A DNA stretch of 64,000 nucleotides. Origin: Verrucomicrobiota bacterium. Its GTDB lineage: Bacteria > Verrucomicrobiota > Verrucomicrobiia > Opitutales > Seribacteraceae. A program made the translations under genes and the position numbers. Location of the stretch: assembly GCA_027622665.1 (NCBI GenBank), contig JAQBYT010000003.1, positions 64,001 through 128,000 on the forward strand, given 5' to 3'. Below the pieces are notes generated by a model, which was not told where the DNA came from, did no database searches, and was given only the letters and a program-made list of their open reading frames with translations. How positions within the stretch are numbered: the first letter of the stretch is position 1; each line of letters begins with the position of its first letter. Shown here in pieces: positions 8,769-18,998 of this stretch.

Positions 8769-9446
8769 TCAGGGCTGTTCGGCCATGCCGTTGTCGAAAA
8801 CCTTTTGCAACTGAGGCGCTTTGGAGAGGTCGATCGGGGTAATCATCTCGCGATCCAGAGGAGGGTCTCCGCCTTCGTACTTGCGAATGGTCGCGACGTA
8901 GGGACGCCAATTCAAGTCACCCAGCTTGGCGAGCTTGCCCAGCGGCTTTCCCGTGGCGTCCCGATAGGCCTTGTAGACGAGTTCGGAGCAGTAAATGAAC
9001 TTGTCGTCCATACGGTAGCGCAAGTCGTAGGGGCGACCGGCGTACTTGGCCAGGGCCGACTTGAACTTGGGAAGTTCGGAGGCGTGTTCTTCCTTGAGAC
9101 GAAAGGCGGAAAACTTCTTGCCGCGTCCGCGGGAGACCCAGTTTTTTAGAGGGATCGCTCCAACCAGACCGATCGACTCGAAGACCTCCCAGCTTCCGTC
9201 CTTCCCCTTCAATACCACCCCGCAGTGGGAGTAGTTGGAACGGGTGACCCCTTCGATGGCCTCGACCAGATCGACGCCTCGTGGCAAGGCTTGAAAGAGA
9301 ACGTCGCCGGCCCGCGGGTGGTAAACATCGGAAACCTTCTTGGATGCCTTACCCGTTGGGGAAGCGAGGGAAGATCCGACCAACGGAGAGAGGCAGAAGG
9401 AGAGAACCGCAACTGCGACGATAAAACGATGGAAGGGGAAACTCAC
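8769..9446 (-). CDS. YiiX/YebB-like permuted NlpC/P60 cysteine hydrolase
   Basis: Motifs GDVLFQ, SNYSHCG, GRPYDL and IYCSELVYKAY. Confidence 0.88.
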   Translation of the reverse strand: MSFPFHRFIVAVAVLSFCLSPLVGSSLASPTGKASKKVSDVYHPRAGDVLFQALPRGVDLVEAIEGVTRSNYSHCGVVLKGKDGSWEVFESIGLVGAIPLKNWVSRGRGKKFSAFRLKEEHASELPKFKSALAKYAGRPYDLRYRMDDKFIYCSELVYKAYRDATGKPLGKLAKLGDLNWRPYVATIRKYEGGDPPLDREMITPIDLSKAPQLQKVFDNGMAEQP

Positions 9447-9486
9447 TCAGTTCACTCCCGGAAGGTTGCAGAAGATCGAAGAAAAC

Positions 9487-10386
9487 TTACTCGAGCGGGA
9501 GGAAGACCAATTTGCCGGCGAGCATGTCGGGCACGATCAACTGCTTGTTCTTGCGGTCCAGATAGAAGTCGGCGGCGGTGGTGAATTCGTCGCTAAGGAC
9601 TTTGCTTTTCTTGGTCTTGCGATCGTAGACCCAAACCTTGCCGAGCGGCCAACTGGAAACGTATATCTTGCTGCCGAAGGCTTCCACGGCGTCGGCTCCT
9701 CTAAAGCCCTTGGCCACGATGCGCAGTTTGTCGTCGGAATAGGCGAGGATGTTTCCGGTGAAGAAGTCTCCCATGAGGAGAATCTCCTTGTCCTTGGAGC
9801 CCGTGACGCCGACACCGTTTGGTCCGGGCATGCGCTTATCCCCGTGAGGGACGGCTACGGAGACCTTGCCATCGAGCGTCACCTTGTAGACGCAACCGGT
9901 CATGGGCGAGACGGCCTTGTCGCTGTCGACTGGCCAGAGCTTGCGTTCACCATCGGGATCGAACATCCACTTGGGATGGCTCATGTCGGTGACGTACACG
10001 CTCTTGCCGTCCCGGCTTCGAGCCACGTCATTGAGAAAAGTGACTTCCTTGGGGAAATCCTCGGCCTGAGCCAAAACGGTTACATTACCCTTCTTGTCGA
10101 TCTTGCGAACCACGGTCTCGTCCGATGCGACGAGAAAGCCGCCGACGAAGGCCATGCCCTTGGGGTTGTTCAAGCCCTTGGCGAAAACCGTGATCTTGTC
10201 ACCATCGATCATCTTGATTTCACCGTCTCCGGGTTCGTCCCCGTTGATCATGGTGACGTATAGTTTGCCGCCAAACCCGCGGCAGACGCTCTCGGGCTTT
10301 GTGCCGATCTCGATGACCTTCTTGGCCCCGAAGGAGAAGATCGACGTGAGAAGAAAAAAGAGAATTAAGGAGGTTGTTACTTTCAT
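9487..10386 (-). CDS. SMP-30/gluconolactonase-like beta-propeller protein, secreted
   Basis: Signal peptide and motifs KPESV, NPKGM, FLNDV, GPNGV, GADAV and AADF. Confidence 0.75.
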   Translation of the reverse strand: MKVTTSLILFFLLTSIFSFGAKKVIEIGTKPESVCRGFGGKLYVTMINGDEPGDGEIKMIDGDKITVFAKGLNNPKGMAFVGGFLVASDETVVRKIDKKGNVTVLAQAEDFPKEVTFLNDVARSRDGKSVYVTDMSHPKWMFDPDGERKLWPVDSDKAVSPMTGCVYKVTLDGKVSVAVPHGDKRMPGPNGVGVTGSKDKEILLMGDFFTGNILAYSDDKLRIVAKGFRGADAVEAFGSKIYVSSWPLGKVWVYDRKTKKSKVLSDEFTTAADFYLDRKNKQLIVPDMLAGKLVFLPLE

Positions 10387-10500
10387 GGTTTGAATAGCTT
10401 CAGCGCGATCCGGCTACAGGCAAGTTAGAAAATGCGGGAACCATGCATTATCGATTCGATCTCGCCTTTAATCGGGGCTCTTGCCAAAACTTTCGAGCTC

Positions 10501-11970
10501 ATGAAATCCTTTGTTTACGCCCTGTTGCCCTTGGTCCCATGCTTGGCGCTTTCCGCCAAAAAGCAGCCTAATATCCTATTCCTTTTCACCGATGACCATG
10601 CAACGCAGGCACTAAGCGCCTACGGGCATGGACTCAACAAGACGCCGAATCTGGACCGCATCGCCAAGGAGGGCATGCTCTTCCGGCGTTGTCTCGTGAC
10701 TAATTCGATATGCGCGCCGTCTCGGGCCGTAATCCTGACGGGAAAATACTCGCACCTGAACGGGCAACGCACCAACAAGGACGTCTTCGACGGTTCACAG
10801 CAAACCGTCCCCAAGCTCCTGCAAAAGGCGGGTTACCAAACGGCCATCGTGGGAAAGTGGCACCTGAAGTCGCCCCCCACGGGCTTCGACCACCATGAGG
10901 TGCTCGTAGGACAAGGTAGTTACTACAACCCGATACTAATAACCAATGGCGAACGGGTGAAGCACGAGGGATACACCACGGACCTGATAACCGATCGAGC
11001 GTTCGATTGGCTGGGCAAGCGAGACAAGAAAAAGCCGTTCTTTCTAATGTGCCAACACAAGGCGCCCCACGGTCGATGGGAACCGGCTCTCCGGCATTTG
11101 GGCATGTTCGACGACATGACGATTCCGGAGCCCCCCACCCTCTTCGACGACTACGCGGGCAGAGGCAAAGCCGCCTCCATGCACAAGATGGGAATAGCCG
11201 ACCACATGGGAGACGCTCGCCTGATGTTCAAGTACTCGAGTAAGTTCACGCCGGAGCAGTTCAAGGTCTTCGACGGATATTTTCGGCCGCGCAACGAGTC
11301 CTTTCTCGCCGCCAAGCTCAAGGGAAAGGAACGCACCCGTTGGCATTACCAACGCTACATCAAGAACTACTTAAGCTGCGTCAAAGCCGTGGATGAAAAC
11401 GTGGGGCGATTACTCGACTATCTGGACAAGCAAGGATTGGCCGATAACACGGTGGTCATCTACAGTTCGGACCAAGGTTTTTATCTTGGTGAGCACGGCT
11501 GGTTCGACAAGCGCTGGATGTTCGACGAGAGCCTGCGAACTCCCTTGATAGCCAGATGGCCGGGCGTAACCAAACCTGGAACCGAATCGGCCGACATGGT
11601 GTCGAACGTTGATTTCGCGAAGACCTTTCTTGAGATTGCGGGAACCTCCATACCCACCGAGATGCAGGGCCGAAGCCTCGTCCCGATCCTAAAGGGCAAA
11701 ACACCCGATGACTGGAGAACCTCCCACTACTACCACTACTACGAGGCAGGAGGTCATGGCGTACCCATCCATTACGGAGTGACTACAAAAAACCACAAGT
11801 TGATCCGCTATCCCGCGCCCATCGACGAATGGGAACTCTATGACCTGGAGAAAGACTCCCGAGAGTTGAACAGCGTATTCGGCAAACCGGAGTATGCCCA
11901 AGCGACCAAGCAACTGGAGAAGGAGCTGCGCAGACTGCGAAAAGAATTGAAGGTCACTGAAGAAAAGTGA
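10501..11970 (+). CDS. Formylglycine-dependent (S1) sulfatase
   Basis: Motifs [34 protein letters not shown] and YSSDQG. Confidence 0.95.
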   Translation: MKSFVYALLPLVPCLALSAKKQPNILFLFTDDHATQALSAYGHGLNKTPNLDRIAKEGMLFRRCLVTNSICAPSRAVILTGKYSHLNGQRTNKDVFDGSQQTVPKLLQKAGYQTAIVGKWHLKSPPTGFDHHEVLVGQGSYYNPILITNGERVKHEGYTTDLITDRAFDWLGKRDKKKPFFLMCQHKAPHGRWEPALRHLGMFDDMTIPEPPTLFDDYAGRGKAASMHKMGIADHMGDARLMFKYSSKFTPEQFKVFDGYFRPRNESFLAAKLKGKERTRWHYQRYIKNYLSCVKAVDENVGRLLDYLDKQGLADNTVVIYSSDQGFYLGEHGWFDKRWMFDESLRTPLIARWPGVTKPGTESADMVSNVDFAKTFLEIAGTSIPTEMQGRSLVPILKGKTPDDWRTSHYYHYYEAGGHGVPIHYGVTTKNHKLIRYPAPIDEWELYDLEKDSRELNSVFGKPEYAQATKQLEKELRRLRKELKVTEEK

Positions 11971-12026
11971 TCCGCCCCACCCTACCTGCGCTTGCCAAGA
12001 TCTAAACAATCCGAAACCCTAACAAA

Positions 12027-12788
12027 ATGAAAATCTTAGCCACCCTCATCATCAGCCTTCTCTTCATCATGCTCGCACAAGCCGAGGAGGACAAGACCAC
12101 GCCTAAAGCTCTAAACGACCGCTTATCCGTAAAAGGATGGAAATCCATGGGCGAAAAGGATTTCGCCCAAGTAAATTGTGACCCGGAGACCTTTCAGTTC
12201 AAGAAGGACGGCACCATTCACTGCACGGGAAAGCCAAGCGGTGGTTTGCGCTCGGTAAAGGTCTACAAGAATTTCGAGGTAGCCTTCGAGTGGCGACACC
12301 TTAGGCACGCGGGCAATGCAGGGGTGTTCCTGTGGTGTCCCCGCGAAGTGCTCGACAAATTGCCACGCGGTCGATTACCGCAGGGGATAGAAGTGCAGAT
12401 TCTCGACTTGGGTTATGAGGCGAATCACCTGAAGAACAAGGGCAAGCATTCGGACTGGTTTACCAGCCATGGGGACGTATTCCCCGTGGGCGTTGGTCGA
12501 ATGAAGGCCTTTACCCCGGAGATCACCTACACGGCGGAGGACGGAACGAAATACAAGGTCGGCAAGCCCACGAGCAGTCGCTGCTTCCCCACCAAGCGCT
12601 TAACCAAGGGAGTGGGCGAATGGAACCATTATTACATCGAGGCCAAAAAGGGCGAAGCTCGGCTGTGGGTAAACGGCGAAGAGGTTTCCGGTGGCTACGA
12701 GTGCAAACCGAGCGAAGGGCACTTCGTACTCGAATCCGAAGGCGCCCCGATGGATTATCGCGGAATGAGATTGCGTGAACTTCCTTAA
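12027..12788 (+). CDS. DUF1080 / 3-keto-disaccharide hydrolase family protein
   Basis: Motifs YKNFEVAFEW, GNAGVF, GIEVQILD, GEWNHY and LESEGAP. Confidence 0.85.
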   Translation: MKILATLIISLLFIMLAQAEEDKTTPKALNDRLSVKGWKSMGEKDFAQVNCDPETFQFKKDGTIHCTGKPSGGLRSVKVYKNFEVAFEWRHLRHAGNAGVFLWCPREVLDKLPRGRLPQGIEVQILDLGYEANHLKNKGKHSDWFTSHGDVFPVGVGRMKAFTPEITYTAEDGTKYKVGKPTSSRCFPTKRLTKGVGEWNHYYIEAKKGEARLWVNGEEVSGGYECKPSEGHFVLESEGAPMDYRGMRLRELP

Positions 12789-12810
12789 ATAACCAACCCC
12801 CTTCAGAACC

Positions 12811-14061
12811 ATGAAAACGACGAAGTTTCTTCTCCTTACTCTCTTTGCCGGCTCCACCTTGTGGTCCGCACCGAAAAAGCATTGGCCGGCTTGGCGCGGG
12901 CCTGATGCATCGGGTTCCTCCGAGGGAGGGTCCTACCCCACCAAGTTGAACGGTACGGAAAATCTGATATGGAAAGTCCCCCTCCCTGGCAAGGGATGCT
13001 CCACTCCAGTGGTATGGGGAGAACGAATACTGCTCACCTGCCCCGTCGATGGGGAGGACGCCGTACTGGGTTACGACTGGGAAGGGGAAAAGCTCTGGCA
13101 AACCACTCTCGGTAAGGAACGCAAGGGCAAGCACAGAAACGGTTCGGGCAGCAACCCTTCCGTTGTGACGGACGGCGAGAGCATCTTTAGCCTTTTCAAG
13201 AGCGGCAACTTCGGAGGTCTCGATTTCAATGGGAAGGTCCGATGGAAAACCAACTTGTCGGGCTACGGCAGCGATTCCCTCTACTGGGACTTCGGGACCT
13301 CCCCCATCCTGACCGATAAGCATGTGATCGTAGCCCTAATGAGAGAAAAAAACTCATGGCTCATCGCATTCGAGAAAGCCAGCGGGAAGGTGGCATGGAA
13401 AGTCGAGCGCAACTATGAAACTCCGAGAGAAGGCGATCATAGTTACGCCACTCCCATTCTGATTGAGCACGAGGGCAAGGAAGCTATTTTGGTATGGGGA
13501 GCAGAACGTCTAACAGCCCACTCCGCAAAGGATGGTTCGATCCTATGGATTTCCTCGGGATTCAATCCCAAGAAGAAAAACAACTGGGTAGTGGTCGGGT
13601 CCCACCTCGTAGCAGGCAACGTGGCAATTGTCCCCTACGGTCGAGGTAGCCACCTGGCCGGCATCCGCATGGGCGGCAAGGGAGACGTGACTGAATCCAA
13701 TCGTCTATGGACACGCTCCGACTCCGGTTCCTTCGTTCCCACTCCAGCCGTTGCCGACGGAAAGGTTTACGTTCTGCGCGATCGGGGTGAAGTCCACTGC
13801 ATCGACCCAAAGACAGGGAAAAGCCATTGGGAGGATGCCTTTCCAAAATCCAGTTCGAGCTACTACGGGTCTCCCACGATAGCCGGGAACAAACTTTACG
13901 CCCCTCGCGAAGACGGTGTCATCCTCGTCGCCGACGTATCGGACGGCTTTCGCTTCCTCGCCGAGAACGACATGGGCGAACGCGTAATCGCTTCTCCCGT
14001 CCCCGTGGCCAATCGCCTACTCATCCGTGGCGAAAAACACCTATTCTGCCTCGGGGAATAG
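12811..14061 (+). CDS. PQQ-binding-like beta-propeller repeat protein
   Basis: WPAWRGP N-terminus, repeated (S/T)P-V/I and G...W motifs, and a LLIRGEKHLFCLG end. Confidence 0.9.
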   Translation: MKTTKFLLLTLFAGSTLWSAPKKHWPAWRGPDASGSSEGGSYPTKLNGTENLIWKVPLPGKGCSTPVVWGERILLTCPVDGEDAVLGYDWEGEKLWQTTLGKERKGKHRNGSGSNPSVVTDGESIFSLFKSGNFGGLDFNGKVRWKTNLSGYGSDSLYWDFGTSPILTDKHVIVALMREKNSWLIAFEKASGKVAWKVERNYETPREGDHSYATPILIEHEGKEAILVWGAERLTAHSAKDGSILWISSGFNPKKKNNWVVVGSHLVAGNVAIVPYGRGSHLAGIRMGGKGDVTESNRLWTRSDSGSFVPTPAVADGKVYVLRDRGEVHCIDPKTGKSHWEDAFPKSSSSYYGSPTIAGNKLYAPREDGVILVADVSDGFRFLAENDMGERVIASPVPVANRLLIRGEKHLFCLGE

Positions 14062-14069
14062 CCAAGAGA

Positions 14070-16133
14070 CTACTGAAAGGAAAAGAGTCCGGTTCCGTTC
14101 AGTTGAATGTTCCCATTCGGGGTAGCGAAAACAACCGATACGTCTTGAGATCCGCTACCGGAGCCAGTTGGTATGGCCAAACTACCTGTAACGCTGGTTG
14201 TAGTTGACCTTACCACCCCCATTAATGCAATTCCCCCGACCTGAACTGAGCTAGGGGCAACACTCGCGGGCGGCAAGGGAGGTTGAGAATTGGCGTCGAG
14301 GGTAATAGTGACGGAAACGGTATTTCCGACACTTCCTGCAGAAGGAGAGATTGAAACGATTCCAGTTCCCTGCGCATTGTTTTCACCTCCGGAATTCGTA
14401 GTGGATTCCCCAACTCCGGAAACTCCAGATGCAGAGGGGGTCCCCCGATATTTTCTGATCGTATATGGATAGGCGATTTGCATCGTTTTAAATTCCGAAG
14501 CGATTGCAGTCATGGCATTAGCATTAAGCGTAGCCTGCATGGCTTCAATGAACTTGACGAAGGTACTGAAGCTGTCCGTTCCCGAAATGGAAACGCCATT
14601 GACCATAAAGCCAACCTTGAGAGCTACAATATAGGCGGTATCATCCGTCCATGAAAGGGGTAGAAGATTATGTTTGTTGAGAGTATTGCGGACATCGTAT
14701 CCGTAATGCGGATTGAGGTAGCGGAGCACTGTACCGTCGGGGTCCGCCTCGATACTCATAACATAGTGATAGATGCCCTCGGGGAACTCCGGAGTTGGCG
14801 AAACCAAACCATTACACTCGTCTAGGTCTCCGCTGCCTTCGACGTATGCGGGATTCCCGGCTGAGTCGTTTGCACCCGTGTAACTATTCGCAAGTAGGAC
14901 TCCGGTCTTATTGTCGACATTTTTCCAACCAACGGGTCCGTAAATAGGCCAACCATCCACCGCAAAGCCGATTAAGGGAGAATGACCATTTGGGACAAGG
15001 AGGGCATCGATTTCGTCACATTTGTCTTTCTCCGACTTCCAGACATCCTTGATCAAGCGAAGGCAAGTCGGATACTTGTGATAATGGTATACGCCGTTAA
15101 TTTGGGGATGCCCGCAACAACCGGAAAAGATTCTACCGTAAGCAGCCGTTTCATTCGGATCCTCGAAGGGGTTATATACAGGTATACCGTTCAGTGCGAC
15201 ACCCACTGTGCCCAGAGAGGTATCGGTAGCGTTTGTATTGTTTACAGGATTGAGCGGAATGCGAAAGATTTCCTCGGCAACTGCAACTTGGTTGGGATTG
15301 TTTCCCCCGCTTGCTCCGAGATTATTCTCGCTCAGCTTAAGGCTTTCGAAACCTCCGTTGGCGCCGGTGTTCCAGCCGTTGGTAATGTCGATCCCCATGA
15401 TAGTTGGGGTGTAGTTTGGCACGCCATTTCCCGTGACGACCATCTGGTCGAGATCCGTATCGTGTTCAACCGATATGGAGCTCGACACGGATTGACCGCC
15501 AATAGTCAAAACCTCGGGACTACTTCCCGCCAATTGCCGCAGGTAGTTTGCCGCCACCAAGCGAGCTCGTCGCTCAAAAGCAGTTGATCCTTGAAGAAAG
15601 AGCGGATCAGTACTCGCTGAACTTATGCTCTCCTCCCCAACTTGGCGCCAACCGTCGGAAATGGCTGAATCCTTTACGAAATATAAAATTCCGGATTCTC
15701 GACTCATGGTAAACTTACCAATGACGACGTCTGGAAACTTACTGGCCAAAGACACCAACGGGGTCCAAGTCTTGGTCTCGTAATCGTAAAAGGACAGATT
15801 TCCAGAATCACTCCCGAAATAGAGCCATGAGGAAAGGTCGTTAAAATAGATCCAAGGATAGTAAGCTTCCTTGACCCACAACCAATTCCAATTTGGATGG
15901 TAGAGCCAAGTGGCATCCGTGCCCGCATCGACCGGGTAGAGCCAGCCTAAGGATTCGTGATGAATCCAGTTCGTACTCGAGTCATAAAAGCTCCCGAACC
16001 AAGAACTTTGCTTCCAACCGGAAACCGAGTCGGAAGTACCGTATCGGATATAGTTCCCATCCACAGCGCGAACCACATGGTTAAGACCTGAAAGGAAAAT
16101 GACGCCGAAGAGAAAACTTTTGAATTTGATCAT
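14070..16133 (-). CDS. Secreted YHYH-domain protein with an N-terminal Trp-rich module and a C-terminal IPT/TIG-like domain
   Basis: Motifs GVALNGIPVYNP, GHPQINGVYHYH, HSPLIGFAVDGWPIYGP, GDLDECNG and YHYV. The N-terminus carries the GWKQSSWFG...LGWLY module. Confidence 0.85.
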   Translation of the reverse strand: MIKFKSFLFGVIFLSGLNHVVRAVDGNYIRYGTSDSVSGWKQSSWFGSFYDSSTNWIHHESLGWLYPVDAGTDATWLYHPNWNWLWVKEAYYPWIYFNDLSSWLYFGSDSGNLSFYDYETKTWTPLVSLASKFPDVVIGKFTMSRESGILYFVKDSAISDGWRQVGEESISSASTDPLFLQGSTAFERRARLVAANYLRQLAGSSPEVLTIGGQSVSSSISVEHDTDLDQMVVTGNGVPNYTPTIMGIDITNGWNTGANGGFESLKLSENNLGASGGNNPNQVAVAEEIFRIPLNPVNNTNATDTSLGTVGVALNGIPVYNPFEDPNETAAYGRIFSGCCGHPQINGVYHYHKYPTCLRLIKDVWKSEKDKCDEIDALLVPNGHSPLIGFAVDGWPIYGPVGWKNVDNKTGVLLANSYTGANDSAGNPAYVEGSGDLDECNGLVSPTPEFPEGIYHYVMSIEADPDGTVLRYLNPHYGYDVRNTLNKHNLLPLSWTDDTAYIVALKVGFMVNGVSISGTDSFSTFVKFIEAMQATLNANAMTAIASEFKTMQIAYPYTIRKYRGTPSASGVSGVGESTTNSGGENNAQGTGIVSISPSAGSVGNTVSVTITLDANSQPPLPPASVAPSSVQVGGIALMGVVRSTTTSVTGSLAIPTGSGSGSQDVSVVFATPNGNIQLNGTGLFSFQ

Positions 16134-16144
16134 TCGCAAACTTC

Positions 16145-16161
16145 AGCACGAGCCATGCCAA
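16145..16161 (-). promoter_or_regulatory. Possible sigma54 (-24/-12) promoter of the YHYH gene
   Basis: The minus strand reads TTGGCATGGCTCGTGCT (GG-N10-GC), about 12 nt upstream of the ATG at 16133. Confidence 0.35.
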
Positions 16162-16206
16162 TGACAGCAATGCCACAAGAATCCCGTGAACCTCTAAATT
16201 TCGAGT

Positions 16207-16755
16207 ATGCTAGGAAATATAAACGGTATAAAAAGACCCTTAGCTCCCGTATCCCTAGATCGTTTGGTTGTAAAACTTAGCGACGATAGTGGAAACCTTC
16301 ATGAAATAGATTCCGCAATAAGATTTGAATCTAGGCTAGATCCAGACGCTGTAAGGCTAGAATTAAAAATGGGAGGTCTTGACGATTCTTTAATGAAAGT
16401 AAGAGAGGGAGGCATTTTTTATGAGTATGTCCCCCTTAAGGGTCAACGATGGACAATTGGGGCAGGATATGGAGACACAACCATAAATGGAGAGGTTACG
16501 GAAAAGAGGCATAAAATACACGCCAAAATAGAAACTCGGGATTTATTCTTTCAGTTTGATTATTTAAAATCACATAGAGACAACGGGACGATGAATGAAT
16601 ACCGGGCCACTCTTCATAACAAACTGACAAAAAACATAACTTACGGCCTTGATGCTCTTTATTTTAGCGGCAAAACAGACGTTCATTACTCAGATGATGG
16701 AAAATCTGTTGCCGAGGATCTCTTTCTGGGTATGGGTTTGATTTGGCGCTGGTAA
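16207..16755 (+). CDS. Hypothetical protein, possibly a 5'-truncated outer-membrane beta-barrel
   Basis: Alternating amphipathic strands and a terminal aromatic motif (LFLGMGLIWRW). No signal peptide; the DNA is AT-rich. Confidence 0.5.
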   Translation: MLGNINGIKRPLAPVSLDRLVVKLSDDSGNLHEIDSAIRFESRLDPDAVRLELKMGGLDDSLMKVREGGIFYEYVPLKGQRWTIGAGYGDTTINGEVTEKRHKIHAKIETRDLFFQFDYLKSHRDNGTMNEYRATLHNKLTKNITYGLDALYFSGKTDVHYSDDGKSVAEDLFLGMGLIWRW

Positions 16756-18972
16756 TTATTTCGCAATTAATTCCAAACGGCAATCATAGGGAAGATTTAT
16801 ATCTCTGTAGACTGTTCCGTTATGGGTTATCGACCCTGGCGTTTCAGAATTTCTGGCAAAGGTTACCTCGAATTCAGATTGGGGAGGAATAACGTCATCC
16901 GAATCCCAAATTGCCATGTACCCAGTTGCATCGGTTGCGTCAGATAGATAATATCTGGCCCCGACATATATGTGGTCTGCGTAATTGTGATCGTTTGTTT
17001 TCATAGGCCAGCCCCCGAAAGTAGAAAGCCCATATTTAGTTTTCATCAATTGAGCCACAACATTTGTTTGGCCTGAAAATACAGAACCAGAAGGTAAGGC
17101 AAGTAACCCCTCCGTATAACTGACATGCGGTCCAAGTGAATTATTGCTGATTGATTCATACATGTGACTTGATCTCCATTCCCCTTGGGGTGATGTTGGA
17201 AAATCAAACGGCCTGGGAATCTTGTTCCAGTTGGCTGAATTATTCGGAACGTCTGAATCCAAAAGGATATCCCCGGGGTTTATATTGCCATTTTGGGTAA
17301 AACTAAACGGAACGGTCATATAATCTGATTCCGCACCAGGCGTAGCCTTTACAAACCCCCAAGTATACCTTGAGTCAGGAGACCCTCCTGAGGCCGGCTT
17401 CAATACCGTACCGTTTTGTTTTATAGTAATGTGCATGAGCTCATTATCCAAATGCCCCCAGTTATTAAGACTAACCAAAGAATGCCTTTTGAACTTCAGC
17501 CTGATCTTTATTCCCTTGAATGCTTTATTCTGAAGTTTCGCGGTTAAGGGAGCTTCTTTATGAAAGCCATTAAATTTATATTGAATCGTATTCCATTTTT
17601 GAGCGACTAATTGGGAACTCCATGTAGCAGCCGTCATTCCATACCCCGCAAAACCCAAGTCCGTATAATTTGTTGTCGCCGCTTCAGGGTCTGAGCTACT
17701 TAACGAGCCCATGGAATTGCCCTGAAAGGAGCCTAATACAATTGTTCCGGAAGGCGCATAGGCGAGAGACACCGCCAGATCCGTAAACGTGATCCAAGAA
17801 GTCGAGTTGGCGTCGTAGAACTTGGGCACACCCGACACAGTGCGGAAATAGCGCCAACCCTGAAGGTCATTAAGGTACAACCACGGAAAAAACTCCTTCT
17901 TCGTCCACATCCACTTGAGGTCGGGATGGTACAACCAGGTCGCATCCACCCCAGAGTCCACGGGATAAAGCCAGCCCAAGTTTTCATGATAAATCCAGTT
18001 CGAACCGGAATCAAAAAAGTTGCCGAGCCATGAACTCTGCTTCCATCCCGAGGAAGCGTCGGTCGAGGCATCCGCTCGGACGTACGCTCCGAGAGCGGAA
18101 GAAGAACTTGAGGACGAACTCGGCGAGTAATTTCCATCGGGGAGTTTCGAAATGGGGAACTTGTAGTCGGTTGAAGTCAACAGAGCGACGACTGCCGGAT
18201 CGGTAGACTCTAGCATGGATCGAGTATAGGGTTTCCACTCGCCCGTAAAATCGTCATGAACACGCCCGGACCAATCCTGTCCACCGAGATAAGTAGTGGT
18301 CGCCCAGTAAACGTATTCGGTAATCTGGGTTCCGTAGTCGGCCGTGTCATCGTAATAGGAATACCACGCGTTTAAAGGATACGAAGAAGGGATTGTTTGA
18401 AAGTGTCCTCCACGAGCCGTATCCATGGCCAAGGCGATACTGCTTCCTACTTTTTCACCCCATACGGCGGGAAAGGCTTCATCCCAGCCTTTGTCGGTAA
18501 CCAGATGCAAGACCTCCTCGAGGGTGGCATCTCGGTCACTTCCGTTGCTACCATTCTCGAAAATCTCCATGGCAAAAAGATTTTGGGCTCGAGTAATGGA
18601 ATTTTCGAATGCCTCGAATGCGCTTTGCTTGCTTTCCTGTTCTTGCTCGGAAGCAAAAAGAACCATTGTAGCTATTTGGGCATTGGAACTTCCTTTCAAC
18701 GCCGCCAGTACTTCGGACTGGTCAATGTTTCCGTCTTCGTCGTTATCCAAATATTCGGCCAATACGTTTGCCGTATGGAGAGTCTTTGCCTCGGAGACTC
18801 CGGAAGTGGCAAGCACGCGAAGACCAAAGACCTCTACGCATTTGTCGAAGACCGTTTTGCTCGCCTGAATATCGGAAGGGAAAGATGCTGAGAGTTGAAT
18901 GGCAGCAGCAAAGGATTTGAGTAATCCTAGAGCCAACCAGCAGGTTACAAGGAGAAGAGGACGTAATGACAT
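16756..18972 (-). CDS. Secreted mosaic protein: possible zincin-like N-domain, Ser linker, Trp-rich module and an unknown C-domain encoded by AT-rich DNA
   Basis: Signal peptide, EYLDNDEDG, DATLEEVLHL, poly-Ser and GWKQSSWLG...LGWLY. The 738-aa ORF is uninterrupted. Confidence 0.75.
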   Translation of the reverse strand: MSLRPLLLVTCWLALGLLKSFAAAIQLSASFPSDIQASKTVFDKCVEVFGLRVLATSGVSEAKTLHTANVLAEYLDNDEDGNIDQSEVLAALKGSSNAQIATMVLFASEQEQESKQSAFEAFENSITRAQNLFAMEIFENGSNGSDRDATLEEVLHLVTDKGWDEAFPAVWGEKVGSSIALAMDTARGGHFQTIPSSYPLNAWYSYYDDTADYGTQITEYVYWATTTYLGGQDWSGRVHDDFTGEWKPYTRSMLESTDPAVVALLTSTDYKFPISKLPDGNYSPSSSSSSSSALGAYVRADASTDASSGWKQSSWLGNFFDSGSNWIYHENLGWLYPVDSGVDATWLYHPDLKWMWTKKEFFPWLYLNDLQGWRYFRTVSGVPKFYDANSTSWITFTDLAVSLAYAPSGTIVLGSFQGNSMGSLSSSDPEAATTNYTDLGFAGYGMTAATWSSQLVAQKWNTIQYKFNGFHKEAPLTAKLQNKAFKGIKIRLKFKRHSLVSLNNWGHLDNELMHITIKQNGTVLKPASGGSPDSRYTWGFVKATPGAESDYMTVPFSFTQNGNINPGDILLDSDVPNNSANWNKIPRPFDFPTSPQGEWRSSHMYESISNNSLGPHVSYTEGLLALPSGSVFSGQTNVVAQLMKTKYGLSTFGGWPMKTNDHNYADHIYVGARYYLSDATDATGYMAIWDSDDVIPPQSEFEVTFARNSETPGSITHNGTVYRDINLPYDCRLELIAK

Positions 18973-18998
18973 GACATTTAATTGGAGTGAACAGTTGA

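Noticed and set aside
9340..10263. 307-aa plus-strand ORF
   Set aside because: It is antisense to the gluconolactonase-like gene and has no motifs; a typical high-GC shadow ORF.
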